Shown: one piece after another, positions 19,126 to 29,626 of the stretch
Layout of the letters: each line of letters opens with the position of its first letter
Position numbering within the stretch: position 1 is the first letter of the stretch
Source: Gammaproteobacteria bacterium
GTDB lineage: Bacteria > Pseudomonadota > Gammaproteobacteria > UBA4575
Reading direction: 5' to 3'
NCBI GenBank assembly: GCA_965222615.1
Contig: CBDCUI010000009.1
Coordinates: 768,001-832,000, forward strand
DNA length: 64,000 nucleotides
Program-made: the position numbers and the translations under genes
Notes under the pieces: model-generated
Told to the model about the DNA's origin: nothing
The model's database searches: none
What the model saw: only the letters and a program-made list of their open reading frames with translations

Positions 19126-19381
19126 GGCTGCCGATTCAATCGGTCAATGCAACACCTTGCTAAACTTTTAGTAATAAAGAGGTTGACTCAAACGGATGAC
19201 CATTTAGTGTTGAGTTGTTTTTGGATGAACCGGTTACATTAAATACTGCATTATTACTTGCTTCGAGCCATCTTTTATTGATCTACTCTTAAGATGTTGA
19301 TGTAATTGCATTTCTCTTAGCTTTTGCAGCCTTTTTTCACTCTATTTCAAAGTGTTGCATCGACCTATTGAGACCACAGCC
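19126..19381. mobile_element. Internally deleted IS30-family-like element (MITE-like)
   Basis: 30-bp terminal inverted repeats ggctgccgattcaatcggtcaatgcaacac / ggctgtggtctcaataggtcgatgcaacac (24/30 identical); ...GGTCGATGCAACAC resembles IS30-family ends; no transposase inside. Confidence 0.7.
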
Positions 19382-19476
19382 GTTAGCGGACATTTTAAAA
19401 TTTTATTTGAGTTTCCCAACTTGTTCCTCATTTAAGCCCACCTAACTTTAATCAGTTCCAACATCCATGTTATATC

Positions 19477-21171
19477 TCATATTCGCATATCCCTAGGCTC
19501 ACGCTCAGGCGGTACCAGCTTGGGTACTGCCGCTAATAATTTCTTTGTATAGTCATGTTGTGGGTTGGTTAGAACCTCAACCACTTCTCCCTCTTCCACA
19601 ATCTTTCCTTGATACATTACCGCAACACGGTCTGCAAAATAGGCAACTACAGACATGTTGTGGGTGATAAACAAATAACTAATTCCATATTTGTCTTGTA
19701 AGTTATTTAACAAATCTAGAATTTGTGCTTGTACGGATACATCTAACGCACTTGTGGGTTCATCGCATATAATAATTTTAGGATCCACTGCTAAGGCCCT
19801 AGCAATACAAATGCGCTGTCGTTGGCCGCCTGAAAATTCATGTGGGTAACGCAGATGTGCATCTTTAGACAAACCTACTTGTTCCAAAAGCTCTAACACG
19901 CGTTGTTTACGTGCTACCGAATCCGGCAATACATTTAGTGCCTTCATTCCTTCTTCAATAATTTCACCTATTAACATGCGCGGATTCATCGAAGAATAAG
20001 GATCTTGAAATACAATTTGCAAATTAGTGCGCTGCTCTAGTAGTTGTTGTTTATCGATGTCATGAATCGGCAATCCTAAATAATGAACCTCGCCCGAAGT
20101 CGGCTGTACCAGTCGTAAAATGCCTTTTCCAACTGTTGTTTTACCGCTACCAGACTCTCCTACCAAGGCTACTGTTTGACCCGGTGGAATTTCCAGTGAC
20201 ACACCATCCACTGCTTTGACATAGCCAACTGTGCGTTTAAAAATTCCCTTTTGAATGGGGAAATGCACTTTTAAATCAGTAACTCGTAAAGTGTCATTTT
20301 CATCAACTTTTAAATCCTCTATCTTTTGATTAGAAATGTCATTTGCTGCCAGTAAAGGCTTACCACGTTTTTCGATAGCCGGTAATGCGGCGAACAAGTC
20401 CCAGCTATATTGATGTTGCGGGGCGGAGAAAAATATTTGATTACTGGATTGTTCAACAATTTTCCCCTGTTTCATCACCGCTATGTGATCTGAGACCTGT
20501 TTAACCACTGCCAAATCATGCGTAATGAAAAGAATTGCCATTTTAAATTTCTGCTGCAATTCATTAATTAAATCCAATACGCGCGCCTGTACCGTAACAT
20601 CCAATGCAGTAGTAGGCTCATCTGCAATTAATAATTTCGGCTCACACGCCAAAGCAATCGCAATCATCACACGTTGTTTCATACCGCCAGATAACTCATG
20701 CGCAAAAGTATCAATAGTGTGTTTAGGATTTTTAATATTAACAGCATCGAGTAAATCCAAAGCACGTTGTCGAGCCTGGGCCTTACTCATATCTTGATGT
20801 CGAATCAATACCTCAGCTATTTGTTTACCAACTTTCACCACTGGGTTTAATGAAGTCATCGGTTCTTGAAAGATCATCGAAATACCACTACCGCGTATAT
20901 CACGCATCTCACGTTCTGGTAGGGTTAAAAGATCTTTACCTTCAAAATGCACTGCACCTGTAGTTACCTGAGCAGATTCAGGCAATAAACGAATCACTGA
21001 AAGTGCAGTAACCGATTTTCCACTCCCAGATTCCCCTACCAAAGCAAAAGTCTCACCTTCATTAATTTGAAAGCTGACTTTATCTACGGCAGTAACTTTG
21101 CGTGTACCGGTTTCAAATACTGTGCTTAAATTTTCCACACGTAGTAATGGAGACTGCTTTGATTCTGACAT
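19477..21171 (-). CDS. Peptide ABC transporter ATP-binding protein (fused double ATPase)
   Basis: Two GESGSGK Walker A motifs, LSGGMKQR/FSGGQRQR signatures, DEPT. Confidence 0.95.
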   Translation of the reverse strand: MSESKQSPLLRVENLSTVFETGTRKVTAVDKVSFQINEGETFALVGESGSGKSVTALSVIRLLPESAQVTTGAVHFEGKDLLTLPEREMRDIRGSGISMIFQEPMTSLNPVVKVGKQIAEVLIRHQDMSKAQARQRALDLLDAVNIKNPKHTIDTFAHELSGGMKQRVMIAIALACEPKLLIADEPTTALDVTVQARVLDLINELQQKFKMAILFITHDLAVVKQVSDHIAVMKQGKIVEQSSNQIFFSAPQHQYSWDLFAALPAIEKRGKPLLAANDISNQKIEDLKVDENDTLRVTDLKVHFPIQKGIFKRTVGYVKAVDGVSLEIPPGQTVALVGESGSGKTTVGKGILRLVQPTSGEVHYLGLPIHDIDKQQLLEQRTNLQIVFQDPYSSMNPRMLIGEIIEEGMKALNVLPDSVARKQRVLELLEQVGLSKDAHLRYPHEFSGGQRQRICIARALAVDPKIIICDEPTSALDVSVQAQILDLLNNLQDKYGISYLFITHNMSVVAYFADRVAVMYQGKIVEEGEVVEVLTNPQHDYTKKLLAAVPKLVPPEREPRDMRI

Positions 21172-21188
21172 TTCTTATTACTTAGCGA

Positions 21189-22604
21189 TTACTGTTTAGC
21201 AATTCTGGGATCTAGCGCATCTCGCACTACATCGGCAAATAAATTGGCAAATAAAACTAGGGTAAACATAAAAAACAGAGATGCTGCAAGTGACCACCAC
21301 ACCACAGGTTCACGCGCCATCTCCAAACGCGCACTGTTGATCATGTTGCCCCAACTATTCATCGTCGGATCTACACCGATATTTATATAAGACAACACCG
21401 CCTCAGCTAGCACCAAACCACTGAAATCCAAAACCAATGTGATCAATACGATATGCATCAAATTAGGCAGGATGTGTTGAAAAATTGTTTGCGTGGAACT
21501 AACCCCAAAGGCCGATGCCGCTTGTACGAAATCTACTTCACGTAATTTGAGCGTTTCTGCTCGCAATAAGCGGCACAAACCTGTCCAACTGGTTAGACCT
21601 AAAATCAAACATAAAAATAATAAACGCAGATCGGCACGTTGAGTCAAACTGGCAAAATCCTCTGCATGTTTACTCATATACACATTCAACATAAGCACGG
21701 CTGCAGCAATCAACAACACACCAGGAATAGAATTTAGTGTGGTGTATAAATATTGAATCACATCATCAATCCAACCACGGAAATAACCGGCCATAATCCC
21801 TAGAGTGATTGCAAACGGTAGCATTAATAAAGTGGTTAAAGTACCAATTACTACGCCAGTGCGAATACTTTTTAAGGCTTGATATAAAACATCTTCACCA
21901 ACCTTATCCGTACCAAGCACATGATATTTTGTTGCCCACTCAGCCCCGACAAATAACACCAACAATATAATCGCCAAGGTAATTGCTGCAGTCCGCCATG
22001 GAATTTCAGATTCGCCATTCATTATGTTTTTGATCACAGTGGCAACAGCATTTTTAGTTTTTGCCGATAAAATCACACATAACAAACCCATTAAAACAAT
22101 CCATGCAATCACAGCTTTAATCAGACCGATTAAAGCTAATTTGAAGATATCCGCAGTTTTTTCCTTTTGTGGATTGTCTAAATGAATACCGCCCCAAGCT
22201 AAACGTGGGTATACACGTTGCTTACTTCCATCCGGCAATTGCACAGTCTCTTTAGCAAATAAATAGGCTGCAAAAGGTGCTGAATAAGTTTTTTCAGTGC
22301 TATTTCGTAATTCTGAAACAAGCAAGTCAAATACACTTTGCACTTCACCACTGTATTGCAGTTCCCCAGAAGAATTATTTGAATTATCTAACCTGGGATG
22401 AAAATGAATAGAATCCAGTAGCGCTATACCGATGTACAACAAAAGAATCATCATCGATATCACGCCAGCTTTACTACGTACAACTTGTCTCCAGGGTTTT
22501 CTCAAATGTGGCTTGCGCATTGCATATAAAAAAAAGCTGACGATACAAAGCACTACTCCAAAAATGAGTATGTCCGTGATTAAAAAGACAGGTTTACCAA
22601 ACAT
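21189..22604 (-). CDS. Peptide ABC transporter permease (DppC/OppC-like)
   Basis: LGTDKVG, EAA-loop FVQAASAFG, HILPN, RDALDPR. Confidence 0.93.
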   Translation of the reverse strand: MFGKPVFLITDILIFGVVLCIVSFFLYAMRKPHLRKPWRQVVRSKAGVISMMILLLYIGIALLDSIHFHPRLDNSNNSSGELQYSGEVQSVFDLLVSELRNSTEKTYSAPFAAYLFAKETVQLPDGSKQRVYPRLAWGGIHLDNPQKEKTADIFKLALIGLIKAVIAWIVLMGLLCVILSAKTKNAVATVIKNIMNGESEIPWRTAAITLAIILLVLFVGAEWATKYHVLGTDKVGEDVLYQALKSIRTGVVIGTLTTLLMLPFAITLGIMAGYFRGWIDDVIQYLYTTLNSIPGVLLIAAAVLMLNVYMSKHAEDFASLTQRADLRLLFLCLILGLTSWTGLCRLLRAETLKLREVDFVQAASAFGVSSTQTIFQHILPNLMHIVLITLVLDFSGLVLAEAVLSYINIGVDPTMNSWGNMINSARLEMAREPVVWWSLAASLFFMFTLVLFANLFADVVRDALDPRIAKQ

Positions 22605-22641
22605 GATCTAATTTAATCTCACAACTAATTCAATCTAACAA

Positions 22642-23619
22642 CTAGTTTAATCTCACTCTGGGATCAACAATGGTGTATGAAATATCGGTCAACAATAAAC
22701 CGATGATATATAAAACGGCACCTAGGAATACCATCGAACGCACTATAGAAAAATCTTGTCGGTTGATGGCATCGATAGTGTAGCTTCCGAGTCCAGGTAT
22801 ACCAAAAAAGGACTCCGTGATTAAACTGCCCATAAATAACAACGGCAAAATCACCACTACGCCGGTAAGAATAGGTATTAACGCATTGCGTAAAACATGT
22901 TTAAACAACACCATTTGTTCAGATATGCCTTTGGCACGCGCAGTACGCACATAGTCTTTATTAATTTCTTCAAGAAAAATAGTTCGATACCAACGTGTAC
23001 TTGAACCAATACCGCCAATAATGCCGATTAATACTGGTAGCACTAAAAATTTGACCCCAAACACTCCAGATTCAAACCCAGAAATCGGCACTACCCGCAA
23101 TATTTTCCCCATAACGAACTGCCCACCAATAATATAAAACAGGCTAGAAATAGACATGAGTGCCACGCAAATCACTACCGCCCAATAATCGATATAGGTG
23201 CCACGGAAAAAGGCGATTAATAAAGCAAGCGAAATGGTAACCAGTAACCCCACAATTAATTGTGGTACTGCAATCGCTAAGCTGGGCCACATTCGTTGAC
23301 TAATATCAAAACTGATATCTCGACCACTATCGGAACGACCAAAATCAAATACAAACAAACGTATCGATTTCGTATAAAAAATTGTCTTAGTAAACTTTTC
23401 TACGCCTTTTGCTTCGCTATTACAAAAAAGCGGATAGTGATAACCACGCTCGGTTTTCCAGTCTTCGATCTGCTCTTCCGTTACATGTTTTTGCCCTAAA
23501 AACATACGCGCCATGTCATCAGGCGAGTTCACCACAAAAAAGAGCAAAAATGTAAGTATGTTTACACCGATAATTATAGGAATGGCATATAAAATACGGC
23601 GGATAATGTAGGCAATCAT
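22642..23619 (-). CDS. Peptide ABC transporter permease (DppB/OppB-like)
   Basis: YIIRRIL, DYVRTARAKG, KHVLRNAL, DPRVRL. Confidence 0.93.
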   Translation of the reverse strand: MIAYIIRRILYAIPIIIGVNILTFLLFFVVNSPDDMARMFLGQKHVTEEQIEDWKTERGYHYPLFCNSEAKGVEKFTKTIFYTKSIRLFVFDFGRSDSGRDISFDISQRMWPSLAIAVPQLIVGLLVTISLALLIAFFRGTYIDYWAVVICVALMSISSLFYIIGGQFVMGKILRVVPISGFESGVFGVKFLVLPVLIGIIGGIGSSTRWYRTIFLEEINKDYVRTARAKGISEQMVLFKHVLRNALIPILTGVVVILPLLFMGSLITESFFGIPGLGSYTIDAINRQDFSIVRSMVFLGAVLYIIGLLLTDISYTIVDPRVRLN

Positions 23620-25769
23620 TTCAATGTGCTCCGCTCGCGTTTACGGAAAGCTACAATCGCTGGAATTAGCGAAACAAGCAAAAATAAAAACAAAATTATC
23701 AATGGCCAATAATTAGGTTGATTCCATTGTGCACGTTTCTGTTTACGAAGATCACCATCTACACGTTTATATTTTAAAAGATTATTCGCCATTAAGTTCG
23801 GTTTTACGTTTTTATACCAATCATGAAATAGTGAAAAAGCCTTTGGATGAAAGCCCCATAGCCACGGCGCATCATGTTGCAATATCTTTGTCATTTGTTT
23901 AATGATCTCTAAACGCTCAGGCCCGTTTTTAATATTTTTCATTTGCTCGAACAAACGATCGAATTCTGGATTCGTATAATTCGCCGCATTTTCACCATGG
24001 TGCTCTACTTTTGCATTAGGCCCATACAAGAGAAAAAAGAAATTTTCAGGATCAGGATAGTCTGCATTCCAGCCCCATTGGAAAATTTGACTGGTGCCGT
24101 TGCGCATTTTTTCTTGAAAGCGGTTGTAATCCGTCGCGCGTATGACCAATTGAATGCCCAGCTTTTGATATTGTTTGCGCATCCAATTCAGTTGCGCTTT
24201 GGCATCAGGTCCTGCCGCAGGGGTGTCGAAATTTAATACCAGAGGTCGATTTGTTTTGGGATCAATACCCTCCTCATAGCCTGCCTCAGTCATTAATCTT
24301 TTGGCAATTGCAATGTCTTTTCTTTTGGGTTCACCATGTTTCCAATCGTATATATAGGAATTGACACCCGCCTCACCCTCAACATGGCCAAAAATTCCTG
24401 GTGGAATCGGGCCTTGTGATGCCACTCCACGGCCATTGGCAAAAATTGAAATGTATTCCTCATAATCTACAGCAATAGAAATCGCACGACGTAATAAACG
24501 TGCACGCTCAGAGTCTCCACCTACAACAGGATCTAACATATTGAAACCCATATAGAAAATTGATGTAGTTACAGCAGTTTCTAGCTGGATCCCTTTGTTT
24601 TGCATCAGCTCCGTTAACTGCACATCCCCTGCAGAACTAAACTGGATCGCCTGATCAAAACTATCGGATGACACACCAGAGGCATCATAATAGCCTTGTA
24701 AAAATTTATTCCAGTATGGAATATTTTCTTTCTCCAAACTGTAAACGGCCTTTTGCACTAAAGGCAGTGGTTTCCCAGCATCCACCAATAAACCATTTTC
24801 TTCGTCTTCTGGTTCACCTTTAGTTGGATAACGTTCACCGTGAAAGTTTGGGTTTTTCTCCATCACCATGCGTAAGTTTGGATTGTTTTCCGTTAACATA
24901 AATGGGCCCGTACCTACTGGATACCAATTCAACGAGATATTGCGTTCTTCCATACCAGGTTGACTGTAAAATTTTTCTGCTTCCCATGGCATCGGTGAAA
25001 AAAAAGGCATCGCCAACCAAAAAACAAGCTGTGGATATTTACCTTTGATTCGAATTCGATAGGTATAACGATCAATAATCGTCACCCCTTCAAAATTAAT
25101 ATCGCGTAGATCATGCCATCCTTCATTTGGATTCGGATAAACTTTACCTATCTGTTTACGAAACTCATCAAACCCAACAATGTATTCACGCATGACACCC
25201 GCAATAGGAGAATGCAAAAAAGGGCTCGCAATGCGCTTTATTTGATATACATAATCCGCAGCAGTAAGTTCACGTGAACCTGTTGCATCAAAGTCACTCA
25301 AGGTATGCACATTTTCAAGATCATCTTCTGTTAAATTCAAATACAATGGATCACCTTGTTCGCCGATCGCAAATGCTGGATGTGGTTGATAACGAGTGTC
25401 TGGTCGAATGGAAATGGTATATTCAGAAAATGCAATCTCAGAAGTTTGCTCTTCAGAAACTTCGTCCTCACTTGCGTTTAAATAACGTACTTGTGGTAAT
25501 TTTTCTGCAGTAAGTGGAATTAGTGTGTAAGGACGCAATAAATAATGATATTGCAGCGGTGGTTCATAAATCTGTGCAATAAACTGGTATTCATTTGCAC
25601 TATACGAGCTTACTGGATCCAAACGTTTCGGCCGTTCAGCAAAAGAAGAATAAACAACATCAGAGGTATCAGCTTCACTTGGATAAGGATTATTCCAGAC
25701 ACTATCAGCACATGCACTGAGCATGAAAATTGTACTGATGAAAAAGTAAATTGCGGAACGGCTGTTCAC
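23616..25769 (-). CDS. Peptide ABC transporter substrate-binding lipoprotein (family 5)
   Basis: Lipobox MLSAC, PVGTGPF, WGWNADYPDPENF; probable GTG start near 25769 because the track ORF overlaps fabI. Confidence 0.88.
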   Translation of the reverse strand: MNSRSAIYFFISTIFMLSACADSVWNNPYPSEADTSDVVYSSFAERPKRLDPVSSYSANEYQFIAQIYEPPLQYHYLLRPYTLIPLTAEKLPQVRYLNASEDEVSEEQTSEIAFSEYTISIRPDTRYQPHPAFAIGEQGDPLYLNLTEDDLENVHTLSDFDATGSRELTAADYVYQIKRIASPFLHSPIAGVMREYIVGFDEFRKQIGKVYPNPNEGWHDLRDINFEGVTIIDRYTYRIRIKGKYPQLVFWLAMPFFSPMPWEAEKFYSQPGMEERNISLNWYPVGTGPFMLTENNPNLRMVMEKNPNFHGERYPTKGEPEDEENGLLVDAGKPLPLVQKAVYSLEKENIPYWNKFLQGYYDASGVSSDSFDQAIQFSSAGDVQLTELMQNKGIQLETAVTTSIFYMGFNMLDPVVGGDSERARLLRRAISIAVDYEEYISIFANGRGVASQGPIPPGIFGHVEGEAGVNSYIYDWKHGEPKRKDIAIAKRLMTEAGYEEGIDPKTNRPLVLNFDTPAAGPDAKAQLNWMRKQYQKLGIQLVIRATDYNRFQEKMRNGTSQIFQWGWNADYPDPENFFFLLYGPNAKVEHHGENAANYTNPEFDRLFEQMKNIKNGPERLEIIKQMTKILQHDAPWLWGFHPKAFSLFHDWYKNVKPNLMANNLLKYKRVDGDLRKQKRAQWNQPNYWPLIILFLFLLVSLIPAIVAFRKRERSTLK

Positions 25770-25909
25770 GTGATGATATGATAGTCTAACAATGATGAAA
25801 TTTCTTCCTTGAAGCACAATTATAGACTGTTTACCCAAGAAAATAATTCCGTATACATTATGTATAACAATTAACCTTAAAATGAAACCAAAGAAGTGAG
25901 AAAAGGCCA

Positions 25910-26695
25910 ATGGGATTTTTAGCTGGAAAACGTGCCTTAATTGTAGGCATTGCAAGCAACCGCTCCATTGCCTGGGGCATTGCCGAAGCCATGAAGCGCG
26001 AGGGTGCTGAACTCGCCTTCACTTATCAAAATGATAAGCTCAAGACACGCGTGGAAAAATTTGCGTCTGAATGTGGAGCTGAAATTACCCTACCCTGCGA
26101 TTTAGGTGTTGATGCGGATATCACCAATTTGTTTGCTGAGCTTGGGAAATCCTGGGACAACCTCGATATCCTGGTACACTCTGCCGCTTTTGCCCCCAAA
26201 GAAGAATTAGCCGGTGATTTCGTCGACATGACCAGTCGTGAAGGCTCTAAAATCGCTCATGATATCAGTAGCTATAGCCTCACCGCATTGGCCAAGGCAG
26301 CTAGACCCATGATGAAGGGACGCAATGCAGCTATTGTTTCACTTACCTATATGGGCTCGGTTCGTGCGATGCCGAATTACAACGTCATGGGCCTTGCCAA
26401 AGCCAGCCTGGAAGCCAATATTCGCTATATGGCCTATGCATTAGGCCCTGATGGAATTCGTGTAAATGGGGTCTCCGCAGGCCCTATCCGCACGCTAGCG
26501 GCCGCAGGTATTGGGGATTTCAGAAAAATGCTTGATCACGTCGAACAAAACGCTCCACTACGTAAAAACGTGACCATCGAAGAGGTAGGTAACACCGCTG
26601 CATTTTTATGCTCCGATTTAGCCAGTGGTATCACTGGTGAAATAACCTATGTCGACGCAGGATTCAATATTGTGGGAATGTCTGGTTACAATTGA
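25910..26695 (+). CDS. fabI: Enoyl-ACP reductase FabI
   Basis: [48 protein letters not shown]. Confidence 0.97.
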   Translation: MGFLAGKRALIVGIASNRSIAWGIAEAMKREGAELAFTYQNDKLKTRVEKFASECGAEITLPCDLGVDADITNLFAELGKSWDNLDILVHSAAFAPKEELAGDFVDMTSREGSKIAHDISSYSLTALAKAARPMMKGRNAAIVSLTYMGSVRAMPNYNVMGLAKASLEANIRYMAYALGPDGIRVNGVSAGPIRTLAAAGIGDFRKMLDHVEQNAPLRKNVTIEEVGNTAAFLCSDLASGITGEITYVDAGFNIVGMSGYN

Positions 26696-26757
26696 TTTTG
26701 GTCGTTTAGATATAGCTAACCTTAATTACTTATTCTCATTTCAACCATGAATATCCC

Positions 26758-27717
26758 CTATAAATTTGCAATGCTAGATTTATATGCACTATTTACTGTT
26801 GAAATAGCAAATAAGTCAGTCTGCATATTACTTTCTATTGCATCGATATCTACAGGATTACCTGAAACCTCATAAAGCTCATAACCCATATTTTGAAGAT
26901 ACTCCAATATTTCACGCGAGTTTATATCCCTCTGCTTGTAAAAGTCAGGACTATATTCAAACAAAATAAGCTCAATACTATTGTTCTTAAGGAGCGATTC
27001 AGCACCTTGAAGCACTTCTAGTTCGAATCCCTCTACATCAATTTTAAGTATGGAAATATTCTCAATATTGTTTTCCATACAAAATTGGTCAATTGTGACA
27101 GTAGGCACCTCAACAGTGCCAACTGTTTTATCTGGTCTTATATTCGCAAGCGAATGTAAACCAATATATGGCTTTAAGTATAATGTCGCACGTCCTATCT
27201 TGTTTGATACAGCACAATTCACTATCTCTACGTTATCTAAGTTGCGTATTTTTTTTATTTGATTGATCTTAGCAACATTATCTTCATTTGGTTCAAACGA
27301 GTAGACAAATTTTGCACGCTCTGCGAACCAAGCTGTTGTTAGCCCAGAATTCACGCCCACATCAAATACAATATTTGGCTCAAACTTTAGTTTATCTAGC
27401 GCACGTATCCAACTATCAGAGTCAGTAGCAACATTACCAGGTAAAAACAATTCTTCTTTTAATGTGAGAAAAAGACGTGTTATGTCAGATTTCCATTCCA
27501 ATACGTTTAATTCAGGGTGGTATACATATAAATCTAATGGTGTATCTAGAGTCAATTCATTCATAGAAGATAATACAGATTTTCTAAATCTTGTATTATC
27601 TGATAAAAGTTTTTTGATCGTCCGCTTATCGATAAATCGGACTGCAATTGGCTGTATAAGAGATCTTATGGAACGACCAAAGAAACTTCTAATGTTTTGA
27701 ACTTTTGACAAAGACAT
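26758..27717 (-). CDS. FkbM-family methyltransferase
   Basis: FDVGVNSG, YSFEP, LKIDVEGFELEVLQG. Confidence 0.9.
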   Translation of the reverse strand: MSLSKVQNIRSFFGRSIRSLIQPIAVRFIDKRTIKKLLSDNTRFRKSVLSSMNELTLDTPLDLYVYHPELNVLEWKSDITRLFLTLKEELFLPGNVATDSDSWIRALDKLKFEPNIVFDVGVNSGLTTAWFAERAKFVYSFEPNEDNVAKINQIKKIRNLDNVEIVNCAVSNKIGRATLYLKPYIGLHSLANIRPDKTVGTVEVPTVTIDQFCMENNIENISILKIDVEGFELEVLQGAESLLKNNSIELILFEYSPDFYKQRDINSREILEYLQNMGYELYEVSGNPVDIDAIESNMQTDLFAISTVNSAYKSSIANL

Positions 27718-27859
27718 TCGATCACCTCAATTGATATCATGGCATTACATATTATTAGTTCAGATTTTTTTATTTAAGCTTGCTAGTTGTTTCACGCAGA
27801 TAACTATTCTTTTTTTAATTTAAATACGCATAGATTAAATTAAGTATTGCGCCAAAAAT

Positions 27860-28099
27860 TAAACCAAAGCAAGAATAACTACTATAGCAACTAAACTTAT
27901 TGATGGGTTTCGCGAATCGGGCATATTACCTACCTCATTCGGTCCTTAACAACTGCCAATATTGGCAATTTCAGGAAAATGCTTCATTGCGTAGAAACCT
28001 TACCATCAAAGAAGTAAGGAATTAATTAGCCTTTTAATGTCTTAATTAACTGGTGAAATTACCTATGCCGATGCAGGATTCAATATCGTCGGGATGTAG
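27860..28099 (+). pseudogene. Decayed duplicate of the 3' part of fabI
   Basis: tttcaggaaaatgctt, accatcaaagaagta and actggtgaaattacctatgccgatgcaggattcaatatcgtcgggatg match fabI ~26450-26680 collinearly, with deletions. Confidence 0.85.
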
Positions 28100-28149
28100 T
28101 TAAAGTTATGTTTGTGTACTTTGTACAACTTAGATTAATTCAAGTCCAA

Positions 28150-28297
28150 TTACTTAAAGTCTGATTTTAATATAATTTGATAACGCGCTTTATTTGCTTC
28201 TAAAATGTTCAAATGCATCATTTACATCACTCATTACAAATTCTTCCGTAATAGGCAACGTCGAATGACGTGCACAAAACTTTAAGATTTTTTATAT
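28150..28297 (-). pseudogene. C-terminal fragment of a Zn-dependent alcohol dehydrogenase/aldehyde reductase (Ahr/YjgB-like)
   Basis: KILKFCARHSTLPITEEFVMSDVNDAFEH, then a frameshift, then LEANKARYQIILKSDFK*, resembling the Ahr C-terminus (...KARYRVVLKADF). Confidence 0.7.
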
Positions 28298-28498
28298 CTA
28301 ATCTTTAGGAGATCCTTCATCACATTTTTTACATTCCAGTTGATACCCAAGCATTTCTTCTCGCCCCTTCTCGGTTGTTACCCATGGACGACTAACCATA
28401 GGAGGGTCATGTCGAACATGTTGATAATGGCCGCAGACAAGTTCTGCAACCCAATGACCTTCATCATCTTTATGATACCCAACAATACTCTGCTTCAT
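28298..28498 (-). CDS. DUF3565-like small protein
   Basis: MKQSIVGYHKDDEGHWVAELVCGHYQHVRHDPP...CKKCD. Confidence 0.85.
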   Translation of the reverse strand: MKQSIVGYHKDDEGHWVAELVCGHYQHVRHDPPMVSRPWVTTEKGREEMLGYQLECKKCDEGSPKD

Positions 28499-28519
28499 GC
28501 ATTTAGTAATGCTAGGCAA

Positions 28520-28885
28520 TCAACGTTCGAGCCAATTTTCGGCTTCTGTTTCTTCATCGAGATCAAATGCTTTAATCTCCAGACCCGGAATTAAGGCACC
28601 TTCGATCTCACTTGCTTTCTTAAGCCATTTCTCATTAACTAATACTGCTGCTCGATCGAATTTTCTGATAAACCTAAACGCCTCAGGAAGGCGTGAAAGC
28701 TCTACACCAATTGCACCAAGAGTTGGAAGATCAAAATCCTTAACGCGATATAGCATTCGTCCATGCTTAATATCCGTTCCACTACTAAATAGCTCATCAA
28801 GCGCAGCTTTCATCTCATTACTATCAAGCTTTCCACCAAAATCGATATCTATTCTGTTAGCACCATTTTTTACTACTTTAAACAC
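28520..28885 (-). CDS. STAS/SEC14 (SpoIIAA-like) domain protein
   Basis: GGKLDSNEM...FDRAAVL...IKAFDLDEETEAENWL; GTG start assumed. Confidence 0.8.
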   Translation of the reverse strand: MFKVVKNGANRIDIDFGGKLDSNEMKAALDELFSSGTDIKHGRMLYRVKDFDLPTLGAIGVELSRLPEAFRFIRKFDRAAVLVNEKWLKKASEIEGALIPGLEIKAFDLDEETEAENWLER

Positions 28886-29123
28886 GGGGATACTCCTTAA
28901 ACAATGCACAATACTATGTCAAATGAAAATACAACTTTTACACATAAGCTGTCGTTGATATAAATCAACGCTCATTGATAAAAACAACAGACTAGTTATT
29001 GCTCAGCATACAGCAAGAAAGATCCAATTCATTTCAGCAGGGAATCAGTTTTACACTAAACCAACAGCTAAAGCTGATTCACTTTTTAGAGAATTAATTA
29101 AGCCTAATCTAGTATTTACCTTA

Positions 29124-29516
29124 TCAGTACGGTAAATAACCATACCTTAGTGCTTCGATATCACGCAAAACTCCATTTTCAAATCGTAGGCGCCGCATTA
29201 GTCGACGTGGACCAAAATTATATACCCACTCTTCTACAACTATTTCTATTTGTTTACCACGCTCGATTCTGACTGAGCCATCTTCAATTAGGTGCGTATC
29301 ATCCTTATATTTTATTAATCGAACATGCCCTGGAAATGAAATACGTTTTTCTCGATAGATTGTATACGTATCAATTGCCAATGGGTCACCACACTTGTAT
29401 CGAACTTCTTCAATATAATCACCTTCGGAAACAAGCCTATGACCACAGCGAAGCGCAAAGGCAGATTCAGTAATACCCAATAATAAAAACAAAGCGATTA
29501 ATATACGAGTCATCAT
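29124..29516 (-). CDS. DUF2845-like secreted protein
   Basis: AFALRCGHRLVSEGD...KCGDP...EEWVYNFGPRRLMRRLRFENG. Confidence 0.85.
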   Translation of the reverse strand: MMTRILIALFLLLGITESAFALRCGHRLVSEGDYIEEVRYKCGDPLAIDTYTIYREKRISFPGHVRLIKYKDDTHLIEDGSVRIERGKQIEIVVEEWVYNFGPRRLMRRLRFENGVLRDIEALRYGYLPY

Positions 29517-29626
29517 GAATACCTCACCATGTGAGACAATACCATACGACATAAGGTTCAATGCGCAAAAAATGTGGCAATTGTGAAAATTCGAAAAACT
29601 ACAGCATTATCTATGTTTTGATTTAG

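Noticed and set aside
25770-25955. Long N-terminal extension of the ABC substrate-binding protein
   Set aside because: Overlaps the divergent fabI start; the lipobox position supports a start near 25769
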